DNA from: Labilibaculum antarcticum
Lineage (GTDB): Bacteria; Bacteroidota; Bacteroidia; Bacteroidales; Marinifilaceae
Assembly (NCBI RefSeq): GCF_002356295.1
Contig: NZ_AP018042.1
Coordinates: 960,361-1,024,360 of the forward strand
Length of the DNA stretch: 64,000 nucleotides
Direction: 5' to 3'
Positions 31,292-40,580 of the stretch are shown here, piece after piece; position 1 is the first letter of the stretch; each line of letters begins with the position of its first letter. The notes below the pieces were generated by a model. The model worked only from the letters and a program-made list of their open reading frames with translations. It was not told the DNA's origin and ran no database searches. The translations under genes and the position numbers were made by a program.

Positions 31292-32710
31292 TTATTTTTC
31301 GTCTTTCTTTTTGGTATCCGAAACCTCATCGAATTCAACTGTTTCTTCATCTGCTACTTTTTTACCCAAGTAGTTTGGCAGTTCCATTCCAGCCATTTTA
31401 AATAGCTCTTCCATTGGAGGAATAGATCCCATCATGCCTTGCATAAAGTTAGCGGTAGATGTTTTACCGTCTTTTCCATTGCCATTTTCCCAAACAGTAA
31501 CTTTATCAATCTTAATGTTCTTGATCGCGTCAACCTGAGTTTTAACCAATTCAGGTAACTTATCAGCAATCATCAACATTACTGCATCTTTGGCATCGCT
31601 GCCAGCAGCATGAACAAGCTTCTCGAAACCTTCAGCCTGCTTGCTCAAAATTTCAAAAATACCCTTACCTTCGGCTGCCATTTTCATGTAAATCGCATCA
31701 GCCTCCCCTTTCGCATGACGACGGGTTTGTTCAGCAATTGCCTCAGCAGCAATCTCAATTTTTTGCTTGTCAATCTCAGCAGGCACCACGACATTAGCAG
31801 TCTGCGTTGCTTTATCACGAGTTGCACGAGCATTTTCAGCCAATTGTTCAGCAGCATAAGCTTCCTCTAAAGCACGAGCCTGAGTTACTTTCTCAGCAGC
31901 AGATGCCAAACGTTCCGCTTCTGCTTCTCTCTCTCTTCTACGTGCATCAGAATTAGCAATGGTAATTTTTGCCGTATTCTCTCCTTCAACAGCCGATGCA
32001 TCTGCCGCCGCTACCTGCACACGTTGTGCCTGATGTGCGTTTGCTTCACCAATAGAACCATCACGGTTTTTCTCAGCTACACTCTTTTTAGCATCATTAA
32101 TTGCCTTAGCGGCAGCTTCCTTACCCAAAGCCTGAATATATCCCGATTCATCGTTAATATCGGTTACGTTCACATTAATCAGTTTCAGACCGATCTTCTT
32201 CAATTCAGCTTCCACATTGGATGATACAGCAGCAAGAAATTTATCACGATTGCTATTGATTTCCTCAATATCCATGGTCGCAACCACCAAACGTAACTGA
32301 CCAAAAATAATATCCTTAGCCAAATTACTAATATCTGACTGAGACAATCCTAACAAACGTTCCGCAGCATTGGTCATCACACCACCTTCTGTTGAAACAC
32401 CAACGGTAAATCTAGAAGGCACATCCACACGGATATTTTGTTTACTCAAGGCACTTGTCAAATTGATTTCAATCGAAAGTGGAGTTAGATCCAAAAAAGC
32501 ATAATCCTGAATGATTGGCCAAATAAAGGCTGCTCCACCATGAATACACTTGGCTGAGCGGGATTCTGCATCGAGCCCTTTACCAACCTTACCATACACA
32601 ACCAAAATGCGATCGGATGGACATCTTTTATATCTCTTAAAAAACGATACAATTAAAGCAAAGACTGCAATTACAACTACCGCAATTAACAGAACAACAT
32701 ATTCTCCCAT
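31292..32710 (-). CDS. Flotillin-like SPFH/band-7 protein (YqiK/FloA type)
   Basis: 472 aa with an N-terminal TM helix, an SPFH domain, a long Ala/Glu-rich coiled coil and a C-terminal acidic tail. Confidence 0.85.
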   Translation of the reverse strand: MGEYVVLLIAVVVIAVFALIVSFFKRYKRCPSDRILVVYGKVGKGLDAESRSAKCIHGGAAFIWPIIQDYAFLDLTPLSIEINLTSALSKQNIRVDVPSRFTVGVSTEGGVMTNAAERLLGLSQSDISNLAKDIIFGQLRLVVATMDIEEINSNRDKFLAAVSSNVEAELKKIGLKLINVNVTDINDESGYIQALGKEAAAKAINDAKKSVAEKNRDGSIGEANAHQAQRVQVAAADASAVEGENTAKITIANSDARRREREAEAERLASAAEKVTQARALEEAYAAEQLAENARATRDKATQTANVVVPAEIDKQKIEIAAEAIAEQTRRHAKGEADAIYMKMAAEGKGIFEILSKQAEGFEKLVHAAGSDAKDAVMLMIADKLPELVKTQVDAIKNIKIDKVTVWENGNGKDGKTSTANFMQGMMGSIPPMEELFKMAGMELPNYLGKKVADEETVEFDEVSDTKKKDEK

Positions 32711-32734
32711 AATAATTTATTATTAAAAGTTTAT

Positions 32735-33322
32735 TTAAAAAGGTTTTACAATTAAAATTTGATCATTTAGAACATCTACAACCTGAATAACCGAACCTGT
32801 AGCAATGTCTGAATCACTATCAGTAACCGCATCCAAAGTTTGAACTCCCTGTACTTCAATTTGTACTTTTCCCATACCTTTTCTATTGGCAGGTATCGAT
32901 AAATATACATTGCCAACTTTTCCTTTGGCATTATTAAGATCTAAGGTTCCTTCTTCGACCAATTTGCCCATAAAATACAAAATAGAAGCCATTATTGTCA
33001 TCATAAGCAAACCAGCAAGAGTGGCGATTAATGTAGAAACACCAGCACCGAAACCCATGTCCAAACAAATAATACCTGTCCAACCAAACACTGCAAAAAA
33101 GGCAATTAGGTTTTTTAAGCTTATAAACTGAAAGTCAATTCCGGTATCTCCTTCCACAGCAGCATCGGCATCACCTTCAGCACTCATGTCATCAATATCA
33201 CCACCAATGAATGTAAGTACGATCTGAATTATAAACAAAAGAGAAAATGGAATTGAAATGCTCCAGTAAATTTTTTCCACCATTTCCATTGAACCCCACC
33301 AATCTGAAATTTGTAGTATCAT
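32735..33322 (-). CDS. NfeD-like (YqiJ/DUF1449) membrane protein, partner of flotillin
   Basis: 195 aa with an acidic segment, TM helices and a C-terminal OB-fold-like beta domain. Immediately upstream of the flotillin gene in the same operon. Confidence 0.65.
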   Translation of the reverse strand: MILQISDWWGSMEMVEKIYWSISIPFSLLFIIQIVLTFIGGDIDDMSAEGDADAAVEGDTGIDFQFISLKNLIAFFAVFGWTGIICLDMGFGAGVSTLIATLAGLLMMTIMASILYFMGKLVEEGTLDLNNAKGKVGNVYLSIPANRKGMGKVQIEVQGVQTLDAVTDSDSDIATGSVIQVVDVLNDQILIVKPF

Positions 33323-33580
33323 AATTATTGTTTTTTATTTAAGGATGAAAATAATAATAAATATCGACCTATTTTCAATTATGCTCAATGGAATTATTCT
33401 TTTTAGTTATATCCAAAATTTCACATGTTTATGAGTCATTTTTAACCGATAAAAAATCACGTCTATTAAAACAGTCTTAAACGCTACCCTTATTACTAAA
33501 TCAAAGGCAATTGACTTGACTCATCCCTCAATTTACTATTTTCTTCAAAAAGAATAAAATACTAATCATGAAACACTCTA

Positions 33581-33615
33581 AACACTCCCCTTTGTCCCCT
33601 CTCAAGAGGGGAATT
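33581..33615. repeat. 35-bp repeat containing the near-perfect palindrome CCCCTCTCAAGAGGGG (copy 1)
   Basis: The sequence aacactcccctttgtcccctctcaagaggggaatt has 32/35 identity to the copy at 33696-33729. Confidence 0.8.
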
Positions 33616-33695
33616 TGTCCAGCTTTATTTTGGAAGAAGCAAGGCCCATTTTCAAGGGAGATTCGGGGGGATCTATCCTGTTCGAAAATGTAAAA

Positions 33696-33729
33696 AACAC
33701 TCACTTTATCCCCTCTCGAGAGGGGAATT
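33696..33729. repeat. 35-bp repeat containing the perfect 16-bp palindrome CCCCTCTCGAGAGGGG (copy 2)
   Basis: The sequence aacactcactttatcccctctcgagaggggaatt abuts the tricorn terminator. Confidence 0.8.
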
Positions 33730-33762
33730 AAAAAAAGGAGTACCAAACGGCACTCCTTTTCT
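33729..33762 (-). terminator. Intrinsic terminator downstream of the tricorn-like protease gene
   Basis: AAAAAAAGGAGTACC-AAAC-GGCACTCCTTTTC. It is a paralogue of the 31237 element. Confidence 0.5.
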
Positions 33763-33822
33763 GTGACTATTATAAGGCTTCTTGAATCAAGCTTCATTGA
33801 TTTTCTCAATCTACCTTTTACC

Positions 33823-36800
33823 TTATTTTACATCCTCTTCAATCCAATTGGAACGGTTTGGATCCGCAGGAGCGACAACTTTATCACTAGATTTAGTCTC
33901 CAATTCTTCTAGTAGCATTTCAATTGCTTTTTGCAGCGATGGATCGATTCCTTTGGCAACCAAATGTGGTTCGTCGTAAACTTCAACATCAGGATATACG
34001 CCAACTCCTTCGATGATCCATTTCTGATTCTCGTCGAAAATACCGAATTGAGGAACAGAGATGTAACCCCCATCAACCAAACCAGCATTTCCTGACATTC
34101 CAACTAAACCACCCCAAGTACGAGTTCCGATTAGTTTCCCAAGACCTTTCTTTTTGAAATAATATGGGAACGCATCACCCCCTGAAGATGAGTAAGAATT
34201 GATCAACATTGCCTTTGGCCCATCGTGAGCAACTGCAGGTGTTTGATTAGCCACAAGACCTCTGCGATGCCAATACGACAATACATTACGATCTAAAAGA
34301 TCGACCATTTGATCGGGAATAAATCCTCCGCCATTGTAACGATCATCAATAATTAAGGCTTGTTTATCGTGATAAGCATACATGCCGCGGTTTAATTCCC
34401 GGTTCCCTTCAAACGAAGTATTTGGCACGTGTATGTATCCAATCTTTCCTCCGGATAATTTATTCACTATTTCGCGACGCTCATTTACCCAATTCAGGTA
34501 CATCAATTCCAATTCGCTTTCGATTGGTTTAATGGTGTAGCTTTTTGCTCCATCAAGGCTCGGCACACTATTCACGGTGATTTCGACCAATTTACCCAAC
34601 TGGTTTTCCAAATACAAGTAAGGATTCACATCAGTACTTAAATCGTGACCATTGATACTTAGCAAATAATCTCCTTCCTTCACATTAACTCCTTGCTCTG
34701 TTAATGGAGAACGTCTATTTGGAGTCCAATTTTCGCCCTGATATATTTTAGAGATGATATACTTACCCGTTTTAGGGTCAGCTTTCAATTTTGCGCCCAA
34801 CAATCCAGTCTCAACAGGCTTCACCTTTTCAAAATCACCATAATTCACATAGCAGTGTCCTGTGTTGGTTTCAGCTATAATCTCACCCAATATATAATCC
34901 AAATCGGCACGATGACTCACATATGGCAGTAATAGATTGTAGTTGGCTTTAATCTGATCCCAATCAACACCATTCATATTCGCAACATAGTAGAAGTCAC
35001 GAAAAATACGCCATCCGTCGGTATAAATCTGATTCCATTCTTTTTTAGGATCAATCTTCATGTCCAAATCGTCCAAATTCAATTTGCCAACATCTGCCGA
35101 CTGACCAGATGATAAATCGGTGATACCGTAAGTAGAACCGGCGTAATACAATATCTTATCTCCATTCCCAGTTAATGAATAACCAGAAACACGATCCAGA
35201 ATCACCTCATCTTTTTCTTTTTCGATGATATAATGATGTAAGGCTCCCTCACTAATGTAAAGAATTCCTCCATCAACGGCTTCCAGATTATTGTAATTAC
35301 CCGATGATAATGGCAATGCTGTAATTCGATTTGGAATTCCTTCAAAATCAATTTCAACTTTTACCTTCTCTTCCGCTTTCGCTTCCTCTTTTTTCTCTTT
35401 TTTCTTTTCTTCAATAAGAGGCTTATCTTCTTTCACCTCTTCAACATCATTCTTCAAAGCAAACAATTTTGGACCGTCTGCTTTTAGCGATATTGCAAAA
35501 ATCCGAGTCGCCTTATTGTATAAATAATCGAACTCAAAACTTGAAAAATCAAGATTAAAATCACGATTCGACAAAAAGAAGATAAAGTTTCCATCTTTTG
35601 AAAATACAGGTGACGAATCACCGAAAGTATCATCTGTTAAATGAAAATTTTTGCCAGTAGACATCTGATGAACCCAAATAGCTCCTTGATCATTACTACT
35701 GTCTTTAACGTAAGCGATCCATTCCGAATCCGGTGAAAATGAAAAATCTGTAATCTCATTTCTCTTAGCTGTATCAACAACTTTTACTTCTCCACTTTCA
35801 ACGTTTAAATATTTTAATTGTAGAGTACGATCGAAAAACAGCATGTACTTGCTATCAGGCGACCACTTGGCATCATACATCCAAGACGATGAACCAAAAG
35901 TAACCTGTCTCGCTTTTGCTCCTTTTTTATTCTCTAAAAGATAAATTTCGTATTCACCCGTAGCATCGGAGTAGTAAGAAATGTATTTCCCGTTTGGTGA
36001 CCAGTTTGGAGAAGTTTCACGCACTCCCTGTGTTTGTGTTAGGTTGATACTGGGTCCGTTCTTAGCAGGAACGGAAAATATATCGCCACGAGCATCAAAC
36101 AAAGCACGCTTTCCTGAAGGAGATACTGCAACTCCATTAATAAAATCTTTTACATTTTTATAGTAAGGCAGCGTATTCGGATTATCGAAGCTGATGTTAA
36201 CAACAACACGTTCCTCTTTTCCTGTTTCCAGATTTAATTTGAATAGCTGACCGCCATTCTCGTAGGCAATCTGTCCATTTTCCCCAGAAGGCCACATCAC
36301 ATCAAATATTTTGTGATGAGTCATTTGAGTGATCTCTTTGCTATCAACATCATATTTGTAGATGTTCAACTTTAAATCACGATCTGATGCAAAATAAATA
36401 GCATTCTTATACCAGGAAGGAATCTGATCGGAACCCACAAATGTTGTGATTCTCTCTGATAAATCCTTTTCTAAATCATAAATCCATAAATCGGCGGCAC
36501 GACCCCCTTTGTAGCGCTTCCAAGTACGAAACTCACGACTAATTGGAGCAAAACACATCTTTTTGGCATCCGGAGAAAACACTCCAAATCCTCCTTCAGG
36601 AATCTGTAAAGCCTGTTCCAATCCACCATCAATACTTACCTGATAATAGGTTCCGTTGCGCTCTCCAAAAGGAGTACGGTTCATACGCACCAAAATGGAT
36701 TTACTATCCGGATTCCAGTCTAAAATAGCATCATCGAATCCACCACGAGGCGGCATCAGTCCAACTGAATTGTAATAGGTCAACTGCTTAGGCGTACCTC

Positions 36801-37098
36801 CTGTTGAAGGCATCACATAAACCTGACGACTGCCTGAATACTCGGCAGAAAAAGCGATCCATTGCCCATCTGGTGAAATCTTAGGAAACAATTCCATTCC
36901 CTTGTGCGAAGTCAATCTTTTGGCATCACCTCCATTGGAATCTACTGTCCAAATATCCCCTGCATAAACAAAAGCAATTAAATTTTTATTGATATCAGGA
37001 TATCGCATTAGGCGAACATCATTTTCCGCCTGAACGCTTCCAATCATCCCCAATAAAACAAAACAAATTGCGGCAATTTTTACATTAAATTTTAGCAT
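33823..37098 (-). CDS. Tricorn-protease-like S41 peptidase (TolB-like beta-propellers + PDZ + C-terminal S41 catalytic domain)
   Basis: Propeller repeats (PDG..IAF motifs), a PDZ domain and the S41 block SGGDAFPYYFKKKGLGKLIGTRTWGG. The start is moved to Met29 (37098), just before the signal peptide MLKFNVKIAAICFVLLGMIGSVQA, because the ORF-track start at 37182 lies inside a promoter-like repeat. Confidence 0.8.
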   Translation of the reverse strand: MLKFNVKIAAICFVLLGMIGSVQAENDVRLMRYPDINKNLIAFVYAGDIWTVDSNGGDAKRLTSHKGMELFPKISPDGQWIAFSAEYSGSRQVYVMPSTGGTPKQLTYYNSVGLMPPRGGFDDAILDWNPDSKSILVRMNRTPFGERNGTYYQVSIDGGLEQALQIPEGGFGVFSPDAKKMCFAPISREFRTWKRYKGGRAADLWIYDLEKDLSERITTFVGSDQIPSWYKNAIYFASDRDLKLNIYKYDVDSKEITQMTHHKIFDVMWPSGENGQIAYENGGQLFKLNLETGKEERVVVNISFDNPNTLPYYKNVKDFINGVAVSPSGKRALFDARGDIFSVPAKNGPSINLTQTQGVRETSPNWSPNGKYISYYSDATGEYEIYLLENKKGAKARQVTFGSSSWMYDAKWSPDSKYMLFFDRTLQLKYLNVESGEVKVVDTAKRNEITDFSFSPDSEWIAYVKDSSNDQGAIWVHQMSTGKNFHLTDDTFGDSSPVFSKDGNFIFFLSNRDFNLDFSSFEFDYLYNKATRIFAISLKADGPKLFALKNDVEEVKEDKPLIEEKKKEKKEEAKAEEKVKVEIDFEGIPNRITALPLSSGNYNNLEAVDGGILYISEGALHHYIIEKEKDEVILDRVSGYSLTGNGDKILYYAGSTYGITDLSSGQSADVGKLNLDDLDMKIDPKKEWNQIYTDGWRIFRDFYYVANMNGVDWDQIKANYNLLLPYVSHRADLDYILGEIIAETNTGHCYVNYGDFEKVKPVETGLLGAKLKADPKTGKYIISKIYQGENWTPNRRSPLTEQGVNVKEGDYLLSINGHDLSTDVNPYLYLENQLGKLVEITVNSVPSLDGAKSYTIKPIESELELMYLNWVNERREIVNKLSGGKIGYIHVPNTSFEGNRELNRGMYAYHDKQALIIDDRYNGGGFIPDQMVDLLDRNVLSYWHRRGLVANQTPAVAHDGPKAMLINSYSSSGGDAFPYYFKKKGLGKLIGTRTWGGLVGMSGNAGLVDGGYISVPQFGIFDENQKWIIEGVGVYPDVEVYDEPHLVAKGIDPSLQKAIEMLLEELETKSSDKVVAPADPNRSNWIEEDVK

Positions 37099-37162
37099 TG
37101 TAATTAAAAGTTTGTGTGAATATACTTTAGGTGTAAACTTTTGGTCTTTCTCTGTACTAAAG

Positions 37163-37210
37163 AAAGTATGGTAAAATAGCATTCATTAATTTAAAATATT
37201 CATAATAGGT
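37163..37210 (-). promoter_or_regulatory. Promoter-like repeat A (proximal), contains the AATGCTATTTTAC -7-like box on the gene strand
   Basis: About 85% identical to 37607-37655. Lies about 60 nt upstream of the proposed tricorn start codon. Confidence 0.35.
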
Positions 37211-37258
37211 AGTAAACTGTTTTAAAATTTAATGATTTCACTAAGTCTTTGCTTATTT

Positions 37259-37402
37259 CAGTAAAGCTTTGGTTTTTTTATCAAAGGCTTAACTGGTTTT
37301 ACGAAAGCTTTGGTCATTTTATTAAAAGCTTTCATTATTTTACGAAAGCTTTGATAAATTCAGTAAAGCTTTCGTTTTTTCACCAAAGGTTTTAATGAAT
37401 TT
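37259..37402. repeat. Tandem array of about 7 units of 20-21 bp, each built on the palindromic core AAAGCTTT plus a T-rich tail
   Basis: Units are cagtaaagctttggttttttt, atcaaaggcttaactggtttt, acgaaagctttggtcatttt, attaaaagctttcattatttt, acgaaagctttgataaattc, agtaaagctttcgttttttc and accaaaggttttaatgaattt. The array is flanked by 18-bp direct repeats aaactgttttaaaattta (37212-37231 and 37443-37462). Confidence 0.8.
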
Positions 37403-37606
37403 AAGAGAGTTTTACTAAAATCACCAAAAACACTCCGAAACTAAAAAACTGTTTTAAAATTTATCCCTTCCCCTTAAGCTAAAAGCCGCATTATTGTGTT
37501 AATGCATTTTTAAACAGAACCACTACAGGCATCTAATCTTGCTTGATTACAGATCTTTTTTCTTCGATAAAAATTTCAAAAAACAAATTTAAACAGCTTC
37601 TAAAGA

Positions 37607-37655
37607 ATGTATGGCAAAAATAGCATTCTTAATTTTAAACATTCATCATTAATAG
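37607..37655 (-). promoter_or_regulatory. Promoter-like repeat A' (distal), with a perfect Bacteroidetes-type -7 box TAtTTTTG on the minus strand
   Basis: The reverse complement reads gaatgcTATTTTTGccatac, with a TTTa-type -33 element about 19 bp upstream. It is a direct repeat of 37163-37210. Confidence 0.35.
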
Positions 37656-37810
37656 TGTCCTAATAGATGCCAGTCAACCGGCAATCTAAATAATATCCAA
37701 AAAAGTAATCATTTGCTTTAATTCGATCTAAACGAATAAATTAGAACGACTCCTCAAAAATCTTTAGATCGTAATTGACTCATAAATATATAAGTTTTCG
37801 TGAAGCTATA

Positions 37811-37846
37811 AAAAAAGTGGCAAACCTAAAAAAGGAATGCCACTTT
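37811..37846 (-). terminator. Intrinsic terminator downstream of the GH97 gene
   Basis: On the minus strand: AGTGGCA, a 15-nt loop, TGCCACT, then TTTTTTTA. Confidence 0.55.
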
Positions 37847-37868
37847 AAACCCAGTAATAAATCTAAAA

Positions 37869-39983
37869 CTATAATTCAATAAGGCTTATGGCTGCGCCAC
37901 CACCTTCTGCTAAATGATACTTTAAACTTGAAGTACTACTTACTTCCATTTCAACAATTTTAAATTCCGTAGGATTCTTATCCCAATGAGCATTTTCCCC
38001 ATCCAAATAGAGTGTTGCTTTGTATTTTTTACCTGGAGTAAGGAAATCTAAACTGAACTCCATATCACGTGCATTTTCATCCGTTATTGATCCTACAAAC
38101 CAATTTTCAGAATTACGATCTTTACGGGCAATGGTCACAAAATCACCAATTTCACCGTTCAAAACTTTACTGGTTTCCCAGGTAACAGCTACATCACGAA
38201 TGAATTGAAATGCATCGTTTCCTTTGTAATTCTCAATTAAATCGGGCACCATTTGAATCGGACTGTTAATAACCACATACAAAGCCAATTGCTGAGCAAG
38301 AGTTGTGTTCACCTGATTGTTTGGTTTATATGGTGTTAACTTGATATTGAAAATACCAGGCGTATAATCAATAGGACCTGCCAACATACGAGTAAACGCA
38401 ACAATTGATAAATGCTCCGGCGGATTTCCTCCATCGCTTGCCCATGCATTAAATTCTTGTCCGCGCAATCCTTCACGAGAAATAATATTTGGATAGGTAC
38501 GACGCAAACCTGTTGCTTTAATTGGCTCGTGAGCGTTAACCGCAACCTGGTATTTAGCACCAGTTTCAACAGCTCTTCGGTAATTGTTCACCATCCATTG
38601 TCCGTGATGATATTCTCCTTTCGGGATAATCTTACCAACATATCCTGTTTTTACCGAGTGAATTCCCAATGAATTCATCAATTGATAGGCTGTATCCATT
38701 TGCTGGTTGTAAGTTCTGGGAGCTGCTGAGGTTTCGTGATGCATGATCAACTCAACACCTTTTTCTTTTCCGTAACGAACAACTTCCTTTAAATCGTAGT
38801 CGTCGTATGGTGTTACAAAATCGAATACTCCTTCGCGATCCTCAAAACCGATCCAATGCTCCCAACCTGTGTTCCATCCTTCGACCAAAATACCACCAAT
38901 GTTATTTTCCGAAGCAAAATCGATCAACTCTTTTGCATACTCGGTTGTGGCACCATGTCGGCCATTTGGCTTCAAACCTGTTGCGGTATTCATATCCTGA
39001 GATGCTCCGTAATCCCAGGTTTTTGTTCCCAAATGCATATCCCACCAGATACCAACATATTTCATGGGTTTAAAATAAGACACCGATCCAATTTTATTGG
39101 GTTCGTTCAAATTAACGATCAAGTCGGATTCAATAAGACCTCCTGCATTTTCAGAAATTTGAATGGTTCTCCAAGGTGTATTAAAAGGAACGGCTCTTTT
39201 TACTTTGTAGCCCGTTATATCCGAACCTACCAATTCACTTTCCAGCATCAACTTCTCTTTGTTTACCTTCAAGGTCATTCCTGCATAATCAGTCAGATTT
39301 GCTTCATGAAAACTCAAATAAACACCTTCTGCTGTTTTCATAGTAACAGGAGTGTTCACAGCATTTTCAGGGATATAAGATTGAGCCAAATTATCATTGG
39401 CTCGCAAAGCTAGAGCATCAATACCCGTTAGTGAAGTTGTATGATACAAATGTTCGTAAATATCCCAGTCACCCGGAATCCACCATACCTTATGATCTCC
39501 GGTAAGATTAAACTGTGTGTTTTCGTCGGTAATAATCGCCTCTTTCATGGCTTCTTGTTCCGGAAACTCATAACGAAATCCTAGCCCATCGTTATAGACC
39601 TTAAATACCAAATTCATTTTTCGGTTTGGCGCCTTTTGCTCTTCTAAAGCCAAACTCAATTCATTGTAATGATCTCTCACAACTCGTTTCTCTCCCCACT
39701 GCATTTCCCAAGTTGAATTACTTGATGAAAGTTGGGAGTCAACAATTTTCCATCCTTTTTCGATAGAAGGCATATTCTGAAAATCGAAACCCAAAGTAGA
39801 AGGATTAATTACTTTTTCACCATTGAATAAAACCTCGTAAGTGGCTTGTCCTTCCACCATACTGAATTGAACGCCAATTTTTCCATCCGGCGATTCAACA
39901 TTCTGGACTGGTTTGCTATTGGCACAAGATGTCAATATCATTGCAAAACCAGCAATCAGGTAAAGAATTGATTTACTTTTCAT
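37869..39983 (-). CDS. Glycoside hydrolase family 97 (SusB-like alpha-glucosidase/alpha-galactosidase)
   Basis: 704 aa with a lipoprotein signal, KTPWRTIQ and HHE blocks typical of GH97, and N- and C-terminal beta-sandwich domains around a TIM barrel. Confidence 0.6.
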   Translation of the reverse strand: MKSKSILYLIAGFAMILTSCANSKPVQNVESPDGKIGVQFSMVEGQATYEVLFNGEKVINPSTLGFDFQNMPSIEKGWKIVDSQLSSSNSTWEMQWGEKRVVRDHYNELSLALEEQKAPNRKMNLVFKVYNDGLGFRYEFPEQEAMKEAIITDENTQFNLTGDHKVWWIPGDWDIYEHLYHTTSLTGIDALALRANDNLAQSYIPENAVNTPVTMKTAEGVYLSFHEANLTDYAGMTLKVNKEKLMLESELVGSDITGYKVKRAVPFNTPWRTIQISENAGGLIESDLIVNLNEPNKIGSVSYFKPMKYVGIWWDMHLGTKTWDYGASQDMNTATGLKPNGRHGATTEYAKELIDFASENNIGGILVEGWNTGWEHWIGFEDREGVFDFVTPYDDYDLKEVVRYGKEKGVELIMHHETSAAPRTYNQQMDTAYQLMNSLGIHSVKTGYVGKIIPKGEYHHGQWMVNNYRRAVETGAKYQVAVNAHEPIKATGLRRTYPNIISREGLRGQEFNAWASDGGNPPEHLSIVAFTRMLAGPIDYTPGIFNIKLTPYKPNNQVNTTLAQQLALYVVINSPIQMVPDLIENYKGNDAFQFIRDVAVTWETSKVLNGEIGDFVTIARKDRNSENWFVGSITDENARDMEFSLDFLTPGKKYKATLYLDGENAHWDKNPTEFKIVEMEVSSTSSLKYHLAEGGGAAISLIEL

Positions 39984-40580
39984 ATTGAAGCTAAAGATTA
40001 GTATATAAAATTCTCAAACAAAATCTCCTCTTTGAGCAAGTTCAGAATTTAATACCAAAGTAAGTAGAGAATAAGAGGATTAGCTAAATACTAATTGAAA
40101 ATATAGATGGATTTCATCTTATTAAAACAATAATACATTAATTTAATGAAAGTTACGTCATAAATATTCTTCAGGAAATATAGACTATATATCAAGGTAA
40201 ACTAAGGTTTAGTCAACGTAAACAGTCTACTAAACCTATAATAATTTCAATTTTTGAATTAGATCAATGAGATTTAATTTTGCTTGCCTTTAAGTCAGGC
40301 GGACTGTCACTTTTTTATTCATTCATAATTTGCACGGGTATTCATGATCTCGCACAGCTCGGTACCTTAGATGAGAAAAGTAAGCAAAAAAGCGAAAGTC
40401 CTTGAATAAGATTTTCATTTTTCAGGAAAAAAAACTTTATTTAAATAGCACCAGACACCAATTATTCATCAATTCTAATTAAAGTTATTTTCTTATTCAA
40501 ATAAATAAATAGTAATCAATAAAAATTACACTACTTTTAAACATCTTTTTTTTTATGATATCACGATTAATCTTAAACGC

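Noticed and set aside
33528-33809. 93-aa minus-strand ORF in the nfeD/tricorn intergenic region
   Set aside because: Its reading frame is generated by two copies of a DNA repeat (the peptide repeats IPLSRGDK / IPLLRGDK). It overlaps a terminator and a promoter region, so it is an artefact of repeats, not a gene.
37099-37182. N-terminal 28-codon extension of the tricorn-like protease ORF
   Set aside because: The extension overlaps the promoter-like repeat. A canonical signal peptide begins at the internal Met (37098), so the longer start is probably wrong.
37259-37402. Tandem repeat array considered as a possible CRISPR
   Set aside because: Units are contiguous, 20-21 bp each, with no unique spacers and no cas genes nearby, so this is not a CRISPR.
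39984-40580. 600-bp divergent intergenic region checked for tRNA or small RNA genes
   Set aside because: No cloverleaf-compatible sequence and no GTTCGAATC-type T-arm were found, and there is no conserved structure visible by eye. It is treated as a divergent promoter region only.
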